Source: Eledone cirrhosa
Taxonomy: Eukaryota
Assembly: GCA_964016885.1 (NCBI GenBank)
Contig: OZ024757.1
Location: forward strand, 34,348,001-34,412,000
Direction: 5' to 3'
Length of the DNA: 64,000 nucleotides
Of this stretch, positions 47,919 through 60,277 are shown in pieces. The notes below the pieces were generated by a model that saw only the letters and a list, made by a program, of their open reading frames with translations, was not told the DNA's origin and made no database searches. A program made the translations under genes and the position numbers. Every line of letters starts with the position of its first letter. Positions within the stretch are counted from its first letter, which is position 1.

Positions 47919-49853
47919 TACGCCAAAAGCACCCAGTTCACACTGTAAAGTGGTTGTGTAGGCGTCACAATAAAAAGCACCCAGTACCCGCTATGAATGA
48001 GGTTGGCGCTAGGAAGGGCATCCAGCTGTAGAAACCACGCCAAAATCGGTTCTGTATGAGTAAGACATTGTCACTTGACCTGGCATTGCTTACAACAGGA
48101 TAACTTTGACATTAAACGGTGATGATGATGACACCTATACATACAGGCTATACTTAAAATAAGGTGTGACACAAAAGGCCTCTGGTTACAGAAAACAAAG
48201 CTGTTTGAATAGTTCCAGCAAACCCATGCAAGCATGGGAAAGTGAAATATGAAAAATTTAAAGCTCCCACTTATGTAGATTTAGCTGGCCTCCTTCAAGG
48301 GGATACATATCGTAGGTTTCTGGAGTGGTTTAATGATAGGTGCTCCAGTCATGGTAAGCAATGTGAAATGAAGCTACTTGCTCAAGAACATAATCTGCTG
48401 CCTGGTCTAAGATAATCCAACCCCTTCCTCCCAACCACTAGGCCACACACATATAAAAATGATGATGATGATATGTAGGGTCTGTTTTGAGTGAGATTCC
48501 ATTGCTTTCTCGAGTAGGGCAAGCATTCAAATAGGGATGCTGTTGTTGGCCTGTTGCTTCCTAAACTATTAAGCCAGTACCACTCGAAACCACATTAGCA
48601 AATATTCTGAGTTCAAATCCCACCGAGGTTAGCTTTGCCTTTCATCCTTATGGGGTTGATAAAATAAAGCACCAGTAATGCACTCGGGTCGATTTAATCA
48701 AATTTCCTCTCCCCAAAAATTGATGGCCTTGTGCCTAAATCAGAAACAATTATTGAAAAGTACAAAACAATACTGTGACTACATCACATTAAATATTAAA
48801 CTCTTTACTCTAATACTGCAAATGTTCACAATTATCTGTTCACTAGTAAAGATACTACAATACTACAAATACATGAATTAACAAACGCATTTTTAGATAT
48901 TTTCTGTTAAATTATTACAGGATGTTAAGATTTAATTAATAACAATGTATACATAACATTGGCACTATCGGTAGAGGGTCGGACGCCATGCCTTCCAGCA
49001 TAGAGTTACGCCCCTTTATGGTCTGAGTTCAAATCGTGCCGAGGTTAATTTTGCCTTTCATCCTTATGGGGTCGATAAAATAAAGTACCAGTAATGCACT
49101 GGGATAATTGCTGGCCTTGTGCCAATAGTAGAAACAATTATTTCTAGCAGAATTAACTATATCATATTAGAAATTAAAGTCTTTACTCTAATACTGAAAA
49201 GTTTTACAATGATCTTTTCGCTAATAAAGGTACTATAAATATTTGAATCAACAAACCCATTTTCAGATATTTTTTGCTAAAATTATTAGAGGGTGTCTCG
49301 GAAAGTACAAAACAGCACTATGACTGCACCACATAAAAAATTAGTCTTTACTCTAATATTGCACCCCACATTAAAAATTAGTCTTTACTCTTATACTGCG
49401 CACCACATTAAAAATTAGTCTTTACTCGAATATTGCACATCACATTAAAAATTAGTCTTTATTCTAATACTGCAGTTGTTCACAATGTTCTCTCCACTAG
49501 TAAAGATATTCTAAAAATTTGAATTAACAAACCACATTAGCAACATGTTATTGAAAAGTATAAAACAACACTATAACTGCATCACATTAAAGATTAAAGT
49601 CTAATACTGTAAAATTTCACAACAATTTGTCCTCTTGTAAAGATTTAAATGAATAAATCTGTATTTAGATATTTTCTGTTAAATCATTACAGTATTGTAA
49701 GAGACAAGCCCTTATTGCTTCAAGCTGTTTTTTTTTTTTTTTCACATTTTCAAACAGATATCATGCTTGCGGTTCATTTTTCTAATTAACCAAGACCTTG
49801 TGAATGTCATCCGTACTGAGGCACAAAAAATGACTGGCCCCCATGGAACGTGA
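33152..49853 (+). CDS. MCRS1: Microspherule protein 1 (MCRS1/MSP58; INO80/NSL complex subunit, C-terminal FHA domain), 12 coding exons, ~436 aa
   Basis: Motifs RRSSTRSIKRKKFDDELVESSL, KDLGRWKPQDDL, ERWYALLYDP, LNFSD, FDNQTLAVLRGRLVRYLMRSKE, ITLGR...LSLEGPAWKISR (FHA), LRFIFLINQDL. Phase-consistent exons sum to 1311 nt. An in-frame stop at 33065 precedes the ATG at 33152. Confidence 0.97.
34084..34122 (+). CDS. MCRS1: MCRS1 coding exon 2 (39 nt, TTKTTAKRKQKQK, basic/NLS-like)
   Basis: cccag acceptor, GTAGTA donor, phase 0-0. Confidence 0.75.
35211..35303 (+). CDS. MCRS1: MCRS1 coding exon 3 (TKDLGRWKPQDDLALITAVQQ)
   Basis: aacag acceptor, GTGAGT donor. Confidence 0.95.
36746..36960 (-). mobile_element. 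SINE/LINE 3'-tail family ending in (GAT)n
   Basis: catcatcgtttaacgtc...ccacgctagcatggg...ctggatgcccttcctaacaccaaccac. Copies near 6835, 7130, 8210, 9330-9775, 18565, 25733, 28820, 44120 and 47395-48130. Confidence 0.7.
37270..37379 (+). CDS. MCRS1: MCRS1 coding exon 4 (TNDL...ERWYALLYDP)
   Basis: tttcag acceptor, GTGAGT donor. Confidence 0.95.
37612..37731. mobile_element. pogo-type MITE nested in a piggyBac-type MITE
   Basis: TA-CTGTATTTCCCAGCA ... CGCCGGGAAATACGG-TA; related copy at ~61093-61220. Confidence 0.7.
38644..38752 (+). CDS. MCRS1: MCRS1 coding exon 5 (AMKQLHPDVIANIQSKTLFSKGEE)
   Basis: tacag acceptor, GTAAGT donor. Confidence 0.95.
39299..39437 (+). CDS. MCRS1: MCRS1 coding exon 6 (PTLEIFQDLL...HWVLMKQYHLLPDQ)
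   Basis: cacag acceptor, GTAAAT donor. Confidence 0.95.
39501..39716. mobile_element. piggyBac-type MITE family A (~210 bp), representative copy
   Basis: TTAA-(C/T)CCTTTAGCATTTA ... TAAATGCTAAAGGG-TTAA. Full or partial copies near 4045, 10785, 15975, 27450, 28321, 29657, 31746, 33539, 34158, 36240, 37541, 57633 and 60415. Confidence 0.85.
40229..40304 (+). CDS. MCRS1: MCRS1 coding exon 7 (VQPMPRGDHVLNFSDVED)
   Basis: cacag acceptor, GTAAGT donor. Confidence 0.95.
40400..40576. repeat. 43-bp tandem repeat, ~4 copies
   Basis: ggtattgggtgggacatctggtcatagaaactgagccaaatat. Confidence 0.9.
41197..41225 (+). CDS. MCRS1: MCRS1 coding exon 8 (29-nt microexon, DPRDEVLEH)
   Basis: tgcag acceptor, GTAAGG donor; needed to restore phase (2 to 1). 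Confidence 0.92.
41695..42295. repeat. TG/TA-rich minisatellite
   Basis: gtgtatgaatgttatatat units with variable TG/TA counts. Confidence 0.9.
42542..43640. repeat. 68-bp tandem satellite, ~16 near-identical copies (MCRS1 intron)
   Basis: Unit ggtgtgagctgtaataacatgataggattggagccccctctcattaaaacaccagttaaacctatata; period 68 (43081, 43149, 43217...). Confidence 0.97.
43683..43775 (+). CDS. MCRS1: MCRS1 coding exon 9 (ADRRNKREVRHLEQELPKWQVLVDS)
   Basis: tttcag acceptor, GTAATT donor. Confidence 0.95.
44370..44452 (+). CDS. MCRS1: MCRS1 coding exon 10 (DFDNQTLAVLRGRLVRYLMRSKE)
   Basis: tacag acceptor, GTGAGT donor. Confidence 0.96.
44843..44985 (+). mobile_element. CORE-type tRNA-derived SINE
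   Basis: tRNA-like head TGGCTTAGTGGTTAG...GAGTTCAAATC followed by CORE-like TGTGTCCTTGAGCAAGACACTT. Related copies at ~7940-8205 and 46690-46965 (+), and ~35455-35650 and 59135-59440 (-). Confidence 0.75.
45367..45582 (+). CDS. MCRS1: MCRS1 coding exon 11 (FHA domain core)
   Basis: ctcag acceptor, GTTAGT donor; ITLGR...GPAWKISR...IANEGKRPIYVD. Confidence 0.96.
45618..46495 (+). repeat. Head-to-tail array of family-B MITE fragments
   Basis: Recurring ttaccatatttctaatgaaagacactg...gctggtgtttggaacataacttaaaggttctt, about 5-6 units. Confidence 0.8.
46500..46692 (+). mobile_element. LINE ORF2 fragment (pre-RT region)
   Basis: RWREFFGDPLN...EVTRAIKAL resembles the RWxEYFxxLLN...EVxxAIKxL motif upstream of non-LTR RT. 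Confidence 0.6.
49758..49853 (+). CDS. MCRS1: MCRS1 last coding exon (ISCLRFIFLINQDLVNVIRTEAQK...stop)
   Basis: Long T tract plus aacag acceptor; TGA at 49851-49853. Confidence 0.95.
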   Translation: MSCLRFIFLINQDLVNVIRTEAQKMTGPHGT

Positions 49854-50044
49854 CACTGGCTCAACATGCAGCCCCTTAAACTTATCGAAGCATTGTCAAG
49901 TTAGGCCGAAGCTGGTCGCAAGCGATACATCACACAACACTTCTCATCGCCATGAAACCTCTTTGGCTAGATTTGATCCATTATAAACAGACCTACATAC
50001 TACATACGTATGTTTGTCTGTTGTTAAAATGATAAACTTATTGA

Positions 50045-50273
50045 TGATATATATGTATGTGCATGTATATATGTGCATGTGTGTGTATGCATGTGTGTGT
50101 GTATATATTTGTATGTATATATATAATATATATGCATGTGTGTGTGTATATATATATATGAATATAAATATGTATTTGTATATATATATGGGTTGGGTAT
50201 ATATAAATACAGGTATATATGCATGCATATATGTGTGTGTATTTGTATATCTATATATACACATATATGTATG

Positions 50274-50312
<39 letters not shown>

Positions 50313-50317
50313 ATGTA

Positions 50318-50359
<42 letters not shown>

Positions 50360-50578
50360 GTGTCCTTTACATGACTAATTTCATTCAGTGAAGACATCAT
50401 ATATGAGAGAAGCTTTTCTAAAGTTTTCAGCAGTGAATGAAAGTGAGCTTGCTGTGTATAAGTGACCTCTCATTAAAATATAGACTACACTCTTTACCTG
50501 ATGTATTGAGTACTTTATTTGAATTGTAGTTCCCTTCCATTCATTAACAAAGAACCATTCAGCTATATATATATATAT

Positions 50579-50620
<42 letters not shown>

Positions 50621-50661
50621 AAACATACATATATAATTATATATACGCACACACACATAAT

Positions 50662-50712
<51 letters not shown>

Positions 50713-50935
50713 GCACATATAATTATATATATATATTCACAACTATATATTTATGTATGATCATATCTATATATATATATGTATATATGTGTATGTTTAT
50801 GTCTGTATGTGCGTTTGTGTGTACATTGCATGTGTTTATAGATGGTGAGTATATATATAAATATATACATAAATATATATATATATAGGTGTATATATCA
50901 TATATAAATATATATATATATATTATGTATATTTA
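50045..50935. repeat. (TA)n/(TG)n/(CA)n microsatellite tracts downstream of the MCRS1 stop
   Basis: Long dinucleotide runs seen directly. Confidence 0.9.
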
Positions 50936-51377
50936 AATTGCAAAAATACTGTAATAAATTTGAACTCTTCCTCCATATCCAAATAAGGCAAATGGAAGAA
51001 ACATTTTTTTTCTCCCTTTTTAATGACAGTGGACACTTATGGTGGATGTCCAGAAAACTTACCTTCAATAATAAGACTTATTTTCAATTTTGTCTGGAGT
51101 TTGATTTAGTACTAAGTTGCTTGCGTCCTCCAAAAAAGGAAAGAAATAATCTGTGTTGGGTTATCCCCCCTTTCTCTTCTATTTTCTGAATAACTCTACC
51201 ATGATTTCCTCTCCTCTTGTCTTTGGAATCGTTTAAAGTGCACTGCAACTGCTGGCTATTGGTCACCTCTCACAGACATGCATCTTCCACCAATATTTCT
51301 AGCGAATTCTCTTAACTAACCAATAGCTGCTTCCCGGTGTATTTTAGTATTTCAGGCTTTGTGTGTTGTGCATGTAC

Positions 51378-52475
51378 AGCTGGTGGCTGTATCAAGTACT
51401 CCTTACATCTGGTGTTTGGGAGGTACTATTCACAACACTGTCCTGGCAGTCTGGTGACCAAGGTACTCCATACAGATGATGACTGTGGTATAGATGGTGG
51501 CTGTATGAAGTACTCCTTACATCTGGTGTTTGGGAGGTACTATTCACAACACTGTCCTGGCAGTCTGGTGACCAAGGTAGTCCATACAGATGACTGTGTG
51601 ATATATACCTTATAGATGGTGGTTGGATGGTGTACTCCTTATAGCTGGAAACTGGGAGCTGCACTGTCATGTAAACTGGTGGTGACTGTGAGGTACTCTT
51701 TACAGCTGTTGACTGAGGTACTCCATACTGATGGTGACTGTGTGATATACACCTTGTAGATGGTGGCTGTATGAAGTACTCCTTACAGCTGGTGACTGTG
51801 ATGTACCTTTACAGCACAGTCCTGGCAGTTGGTGACTGATGTACTCATTATAACTGTTGACGGTGAAGTACTGCTTTTAGCTGATCCTTAAAGCTGGTGA
51901 TAGTGTAATACTCCTTACAGCTGGTGATGGTGTGTACTCCTTATAGCTGGTGATGGTGTGTACTCCTTACATCTGATAATGGTGTGTACTCCTTACATCT
52001 GATAATGGTGTGTACTCCTTATAGCTGGTGACTGTGAAGTACTCCTTACATCTGATAATGCTGTGTACTCCTTATAGCTGGTGACTGAAGTACTCCTTAT
52101 AGCAAGTGACTGAAGTATTCCTTATAGCTAGTCCTTACAACTGGTGACTGAAGTACTCCTGACAGCTGGTGATGGTGTGTACCCCTTATAGCTGGTGACT
52201 GTGAAGTACTCCTTACAGCTGGTGGTGGTGTGTACTTATAGCTGGTGATGGTGTGTACCCCTTATAGCTGGTGACTGTGAAGTATTCTGTACAGCTGGTA
52301 ATGGTGTGTACTTCTTATAGCCAGTGACTGAAGTATTCCTTATAGCTGGTGACTGAAGTACTCCTTACAGCTGGTGATGGTGTGTACTCCTTATAGCTGG
52401 TGACTGTGAAGTACTCCTTACAGCTGGTGATGGTGTGTACTCCTTATAGCTGGTGACTGTGAAGTACTCCTTGTA
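51378..52475. repeat. 26/27-bp minisatellite with a 114-bp duplication at its 5' end
   Basis: agctggtgatggtgtgtactccttat alternating with agctggtgactgtgaagtactccttac. Confidence 0.9.
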
Positions 52476-52584
52476 ACTTAGTTTCTCAGTCACTGGCTGT
52501 ATGAAGAACATTTTCTATTAAACTTTGTTAGCTTATGAAGAACGCTCCACAGCTGGGTCTGTCTGGTAGTGTCTATGGAAGATT

Positions 52585-53065
52585 TGAGCTGGGGCTGTGT
52601 GAACGGACCTCTTTACAGCTGGATCTGTCAGGTAGGGGCTGGCTGTTAATGGCTGTGTGGATGGACCTCTTTACAACTGGATCTGTCGGGTAGGGGCTGG
52701 CTGTGTGAAGGACCTCTTTACAGCTGGACCTATCAGTCCAAGGGGTTCACTATGTGACTTCTTTACAGTGGACCTGTCAGATAGGGCCTGGCTGTGAGAA
52801 TGGACCTTTTTACGGCTGGACCTGTCGGGTAGGGGCTGGCTGTGTGAAGGACCTCTTTACAGCTGGACCTATCAGTCCAAGGGGTTCACTATGTGACTTC
52901 TTTACAGTGGACCTGTCAGATAGGGCCTGGCTGTGTGAATGGACTTTTTTATGGCTGGACCTGTCAGGTAGGGGCTGGCTGTGAGAATGACCTCTTTACA
53001 GCTGGGTATGGCAGTTAGTGGCTGTGCGAATGGACCTTGTTACATACAGTTGGACCTGTCAACTG
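52585..53065. repeat. ~47-bp minisatellite with a ~140-bp higher-order repeat
   Basis: gctggacctgtcgggtaggggctggctgtgtgaaggacctctttaca units. Confidence 0.9.
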
Positions 53066-53749
53066 GTAGCAGTAGATGAATTGTTTTTAGAACCAAATCT
53101 GTTAGCTAATGGCTACGGATAGGTTGGTTTCTACAGGAACCTATTATTTGACCTTTTCAGAACCATATTTCTAATGGAAGACACTGGCTATGATTTTCAA
53201 ATTATTTTGAAAATAAAGAATTTGGAATGATTTAGTAATATAACTAACTTTCTCATTATTAAGCTGATGTTTGGAACATAACTTAACAAAGCTTCTTACA
53301 GAAAATTATGATGTCAGGCTTTCAGATAAATATAAACACTTTACCCTTTCATAATCATATTTCTAATGAAAGGCACTGCCTATCATTTTCAGTTTTCAAA
53401 TCATTTTGAAAATAATTAAGAATTTTGAAAAAATTTAGTAATGTAACTAACATTTTCATTATTAAACTGGTTTTGGAACCTAACTTAACAAAGGTTTTTA
53501 TATAAAATAGTGATGGAAGGTTTTTAGATAAATATAAACCCCTGGAGCAGTTTGAGGCAGTTTGGTATCAAAAGCATGAATTGATTTTCAATATTCTCTC
53601 TGTTAATGAAAGTAGAATTGCAATGGCCAGTGGTTGTGTTTTCTTTTACTAAGTTACATGTGATCTGTAGAACCAATTATGTCGACCAATGATCTCTCTT
53701 GTAGAACAAATCCAGTCAACAAATGATCCCTCTTGTCAAACAATGTTCT

Positions 53750-54510
53750 CAAAACCAAACCTGTTAACCGTTAGCTCTCTATTGTCTCTCTCATAACCAA
53801 ACTTGTTAACTGTTAGCTGTCTATTGTCTGTTATAACTAAACCTGTTAACCGTTAGCTGTTAGCTGTATTGGTCTGTCATAACCAAAACTTGTTAACCCT
53901 AAGCTGTCATTGGTTTCTGTCATAACCAAACCTGTTAACCATTAGCTGTCATTGATTTCTGGTCATAACCAAACCTGTTAACCATTAGCTGTCATTGGTT
54001 TCTGGTCATAACCAAAACCCATTAACCATTAGCTGTCATTGGTCTCTGTCATAACAAAACCCATTAACCATTAGCTGTCATTGGTCTGTCATAACCAAAC
54101 CTGTTAACCATTAGCTGTCATTGGTCTGTCATAACCAAACCTGTTAACCATTAGCTGTCATTGGTCTGTCATAACCAAACCTGTTAACCATTAGCTGTCA
54201 TTGGTCTGTCATAACTAAACCTGTTAACCATTAGATGTCATTGGTTTCTGTCATAACCAAACCTGTTAACCATTAGCTGTCATTGGTCTGTCAACCAAGC
54301 CTGTTAACCATTAGCTGTCATTGGTCTGTCATAACCAAACCTGTTAACCATTAGCTGTCATTGGTCTGTCATAACCAAACCTGTTAACCATAAGCTGGAT
54401 TGGTTTCTGGTCATAACCAAAACTTGTTAACCCTAAGCTTTCATTGGTTTCTGTCTTAACTAGATCTGTTAACCATTAGCTATCATAGGTCACTCGTATA
54501 ACCAAACTTA
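53750..54510. repeat. 40-bp minisatellite, ~18 copies
   Basis: taaccaaacctgttaaccattagctgtcattggtctgtca; period 40. Confidence 0.95.
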
Positions 54511-54661
54511 TCAGTCAATGGCTCTTGATCGACAAAGATCATCATAAAGTTAGAACCAGTTAACTAGAACTAACTCACACTAACTAACTAATTTCCACAT
54601 TTACTGTTCCATATAGCAGGCAGTTTTCATCATTGACCAGCCAAATATTACTGCAGTTCTT

Positions 54662-55060
54662 GGCTGCACACATCACTGCACATTCTCAGCAGGTTGTGAC
54701 TGCACACATCACTGCACAAATTCAGCAGGTTGTAGCTGCACACTTCACTGCACAATCTCAGCTGGTTGTGACTGAACATCTCACTGCACAGTCTCAGCAG
54801 GTGTAACTGTACACATCACTGCACAACCTCAGCAGCTTGTAGCTGCACACTTCACTGCACAATCTCAGCAGCTTGTAACTATACCGTCTCAGCAAGTTGT
54901 GACTGCACACAATACTGCACAGTCTCAGCAGGTGTAACTACACATCATTGCACAGTCTCAGCAGGTTGTGACTGCACACAATACTGTACAGTCTCAGCAG
55001 GTGTAACTACACACATCATTGCACAGTCTCAGCAGGTTGTGACTGCACTGACACTGCAGT
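54662..55060. repeat. ~36-bp minisatellite, ~11 copies
   Basis: ctgcacacatcactgcacagtctcagcaggttgtga units. Confidence 0.92.
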
Positions 55061-58000
55061 GACCTGTTCAATTTCCAGGGATGTAATCTTGTAAGTGTGG
55101 AATGTTTTCTCTGTATTTAGTTTTGTATATTTCAATCCTTGTATTAAGTCCAAATATTGCACTGTACCCACACTACTTGTATGTTGTTGCCTTTGTCTAT
55201 TTTGATCTTCAGTGTGTGTTTGTGTGTGCTTTCCCCTTATTGTCTCCTCCTTACTCTGTTCTCTAGTGTCTGAGTTTTTCTGTTGTCTTCCCTTACACAG
55301 TTCTTGCATCTGTTTTATTGTCTCAATGTTATTGTTATTGTTCCCTTCCTTACTAAGTTTTTCAGTGTTTGTGCTTTTATCTTGTTGTCTCCCCTTCTTC
55401 AGTTCTGAAGCTGTGACTATTATGGGGGAGCTGCTCTTTCTAAGATTTAACACCAAAAACATTTGGACCTTAATTTTTGAAGTCTGTAGGGAGTTTGATG
55501 TTGATGTATAGTTGGGTGCTGTATGAAGGGAGGTTGAATTGGGGCCGTTATTAGGCTTGTGTACTTAGTCTAGGCTTCAAAACCTTCTGCTAGGGCACTC
55601 TTATTTAAGGAACATTTTGGGGATGTTTTTTTTATAAACTCTATTTTCTAAATCCGAGGGTTCACCATTGAAAAGTAGAGGGAGAGAGAGCTGTGCTCCC
55701 TCTCCTTACTTTGTTGATAGGCCCAGGACAAATGATTACATAGATGTTCTTTTGCTGGTTCACCCCTCCCTCTCTGTATGTGTGTGTGCCTGTTTTATTA
55801 TTTCGTCTATGGGGTTGGCATCACTTAACTATTTGTCTGGTATTCTCCTGTGCCTTGTTCTTATTGTTGCTGTAATTTCTTCGTTCTTTTTTATAAAAAA
55901 TAAAAAAAAAATAAAAGAAAAGAAAGAAAAATAAAGAAAACTGAAAATAAAAATAAACAAGACAAACAAAAATAAAATCTATTTACATCTCATTTCAAAT
56001 CTGATCACATCACATCACAGCTCACCTTTGAATCTAATCTGATCACAACCCACCCTTGAATCTAATCTCTTCTCATGACTCTAAACTGTATTATATGATC
56101 TATTTCCAAAATATATGTGCCTCGCTCAGTGTTTGTGTGTCTTGTAAACAACAACAACAAAAAACAACACAAAACAAAATACAAACAAAAAACTATCTGT
56201 ATGTTCTCATAATTTTAATGTCTGTTTGTTCTCATATGATCTCTTTCCAAAATATATGTGCCTCTCTCAGTATTTGTGAGTCAGAAAAACAAAAAAAAAT
56301 GTTCTTTAGTCTCCTGTGTTTGTTTTATCATATCTGTTTGTTTCCATTTGTTCATTTTCTTTAAATCAAACTCTAAAGACTTTTCTTTTATTTTGCATTT
56401 TTATTTTCCATATACATATTTTTTTCCCAACTTTAACCTCAACTTTTATTTAATTTAAAATAGATTTTTTTTTTTTTCAAAATACCCCCCAAAAAACTTT
56501 TATTTTTTACTGCACTTTAACCATTTGTGAAAGTTTTTATTTACTATATAAATCAATGAAATTTAAAAAATAAGAATAATGAAGCCACTTTTTAAATTGT
56601 TTTATTTGAATTTTTGTTGCATATATATATATATATATTTTTTTGTTTTTATTTTATTTTCATTCACATTTATAAAAGAAAACATCGTCATCATCATCCT
56701 CATCATTGTCATCGTTTAATGTTCATTAAGCAAAATATACATTTTGCTTTGATGGACAACTCTAGTTTGTTTCCACTCTACATACACATACATCCATATG
56801 CACATATGTCCATCTATACTTTGTTAGGTACACACCTGTACTTGGCTAAACTATTTGATATTAAAATATTTAATTAATTATAAAAACTCTTTGTGGTAGG
56901 TGATTAATATCTGTCATCTTCCTTGGAACAAATCTGAGTCACAAAGTTGACTACTTTAGTCTTTAGAAAGCAAGTATTTCTTAAAGGATTATATTAACAA
57001 AGCTAGATAGGTAGAAACTTGGCAGTCATTAGAATGTTGGATAGAATGCTTTGCAATATTTGTTCTTGTTCTGTGCTTTCTGAGTTCAAATCCTGCTGAG
57101 GTCAACTTTGTCTTTCATCCTTTTGAGGTCGATAAAAAAAAAGTACCAGTCCAGTATTAGGGTTGATTCTTCCTCTATATCTCTTTCTTACCCTCGCTCT
57201 CTCTCCTTTGGAAGAAATCAGCTGGGTTCAGACTTGGAGAGGGGATAGGCTCTGTTAAGTTTAAAATGCCCAAAGCACTCCTCTCTATCATAACATCTCT
57301 ACAACTCGATCAGAAGTTACATTAATAATGGTAACTGAATCAATCTTTAGAAAGCAAGCATTTCTTAATTAGGGGCTATATGAGCAAAGATAGATGGGCA
57401 GTGAATTGGCAAAGTCCTTAGAATGTCAAATAGAATGCTTTCCAATATTCATTCTGGTTTTCTGTGCTCTGAGTTAAAATCCTGCCAAGGTTAACTCTGC
57501 CTTTTTAGTTTGTTAATAAATGTACCAGTCCAATACTGGGGTTGATTCTTTCACTATCCCTTTCTCATTCTCACCTTCTTTGGAAGAAATCAGCTTTGTT
57601 CCGACCTGGAAAGGAGATGATCTCCACCGGGCTTAACCCTTTAACCGGCCAGAATTCTCTTACCTCTTTTTGTTCAAACCAGCCGTAACCAGCCACTCAT
57701 ACTTATGTTAAGGTATTGTTCTCAAAATAAATAATATCAAAATCTCATAGATTCGATATTATATGAAATAATTATGTGAAATAAAGTGTTTACCATGAAA
57801 ATATAGTAGTAATGTAAATGCTAAAGGGTTAAGGTGCCCAAGACATTCCATATATCAATATGAAGATCTTTGCAACATCATTAGAAGCTACAGATTCATA
57901 CATTCACAAAAGGTGATTGATTCAGCCTTATAGAGCACAAGTATTTCGTAATAGGAGTTTATATTAACCACTGCAATTTTACAAATTGCTTAAGGAGTTT

Positions 58001-60228
58001 GAGAGATGGAAATGAAAATATTTTTAATCTGTTCAGGACTATTATTCAATATGTCCTTGATTTCGGTTTCTTTAAAAAATAATTTGAAGGTGATTATATT
58101 AACCCCAGTACTTGACTGTCATTTTATTTTACCGTGTCTGGCGAATTTGATGTTCTGTATATGTGTGTGTGTGTACTTGTTCAAATTTGAGAAAACATTT
58201 TTTTACTGATTTATGAAAATTTGAAAAACTTTTCTTCAAAAATTAAAAAAAAATTTGAAAAATTTTCTTAAAAAATTAAAAAATATTTTTTTTCAAAAAG
58301 TTTAAATAGATATAGATATATTTACCACACCCGAAAAATATCAACAGACATGGAATCCCTTTCATATCCAATGTATAATGTGATTTTATATACAATATAT
58401 TTCTTTACAACAAACATGAGTTTCCAGAAAGACAACTAAGATTGTAATTGTATTTATAATTAATTTATTCAATAGTGGTAGAAATGAATGGATATATATA
58501 TATATTTATGTATATTATGCATATATATTTATATGTATGTGTATATATATATATAATGCATATATATTTATATGTATGTATATATATATATATAAAATTT
58601 TCACTTCATCAAAAATTGATGTGTGATTATCTTAAGATATAAAATAAATTAATCTTACAGCCAAATATTTGGAGTTAGAATTAACAAAATCACAGGTTTG
58701 TTATAAACCATAGTTATTACTAGGTTTCAGGTTCAATCCCTTGGTGTGACTTGTTCGGCAAATGTCATTTACCATATTGTTCTGTCCAATCAAAACAGAT
58801 GAGATGATAACATATCAGAAAGATGAACAATGTAAATTTTCTGTTAACCCTTCTGATCCTACCCACACAAAACTACCCCTGGTTCTATGTAACAAAACCA
58901 ACCATTTTAATCACTAGAAATTTTTAGGAATTGTTGCCCTTGACACTGCATTATGTATTAAGGGGAGATTACTCATCAGCGACATAATGCACTTTGAGCA
59001 TCCACAAGGTTAAATTAAAATCTTCCAAGATGAATTAAAAATCATTTCATTTAGATTAACAAAAAGGTTCTAATATAAAATCTAGTAAATCCTTCCAAAT
59101 TCTTAATTCAAATACACTTATATATATATATATAACTGGCACTCCATCGGTTACGATGAGTGTCCCAGTTCATTAATCAACAGAACAGCCTGCTTATGAA
59201 GTTAACTTGCAAGTGGCTGAGCATTCCACAGACACATATGCCCTTAATGTAGTTCTATGGTAGATTCAGAATATGACAAGGCTGGCCCTTTGAATTACAG
59301 GTAAAGCTCGTTTTTGGCAGCTGAGTGGAGTCAAGTAACATGGAGTAAAGTGTCTTGCTCAAGGATACAACACGCCACTGGGAATCAAACTCACGACCTT
59401 AGGATCATAAACTGAGTATTCTAACTACTAAGCCATGTGCCTTTGCAGTTTGTATGTGTATATATAGTAATAATTATGAAGACCAAAATATGAAGACGGT
59501 TTGATAAGGATTATGTATATATAATATATATATAAAACCCATAGAGCAAATATTCTGAGTTTCAGAAGATCCTGGAATAGGGTGAAAGCAGCGATTCTTT
59601 GCTAAAACCTTAATCTATACTAATAATAAATAAATAGATATATAGACATTAGAAATATGCTAAGGAAGAGGTTAAACTTAATATACTTTACAATATATTT
59701 TTCTGATGAGATAAACATTTTCAAAATGTATAAAGGTAAACTATGATTTTCTGTGTACAGAGGCATAGTGGCAAATGTTTACACATTCTATTCACAGTTA
59801 AGGCATCTAATTAAAAAAACTACATTAAATTTACCTTACATTTATTCATTCATGCTGTGTTCTGGCATAACATTGCCAAATGTATGGATCTCATGCAAAT
59901 TTGACATATATATATATATATATATATATAAAAGAGAAAACACAGGTAAGCATTAAGAAAAGGATTTTATCCAGGTATTTACGACCGTTTCATTGGTAAG
60001 TGCAACCTTATATTGCTATACTGCAAATAGCAGCCACTCAATGATAATTGTTGTCCACAAACTTGTGGAGTTACCCCTAACCGAACGTTGAAACCGTCCA
60101 CGAAACTGGCTTTCTTAACCACGAACTGGGCACAATAAGCATTTTCCTGCTTCCCTAACTATATATATATACATATATATGTATCCTTGCTATAGTAATA
60201 TTCCTCTCTAGACAGTATCTTTAGGTTA

Positions 60229-60277
60229 ATTATATTCTGATGAGGAGACAAAAGTCTCTGAAATGCATAAAGGTAAT
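60229..60277 (+). ncRNA. Minimal type-I hammerhead ribozyme-like motif
   Basis: CTGATGA-G-GAGAC-AAAA-GTCTC-T-GAAA-TGCA-TA, with imperfect stem I attatatt/aaggtaat. Confidence 0.55.

Noticed and set aside
55016-55511. 148-aa and 99-aa overlapping ORFs
   Set aside because: Low-complexity and strand-biased composition, no recognisable domain, and no convincing exon partners.
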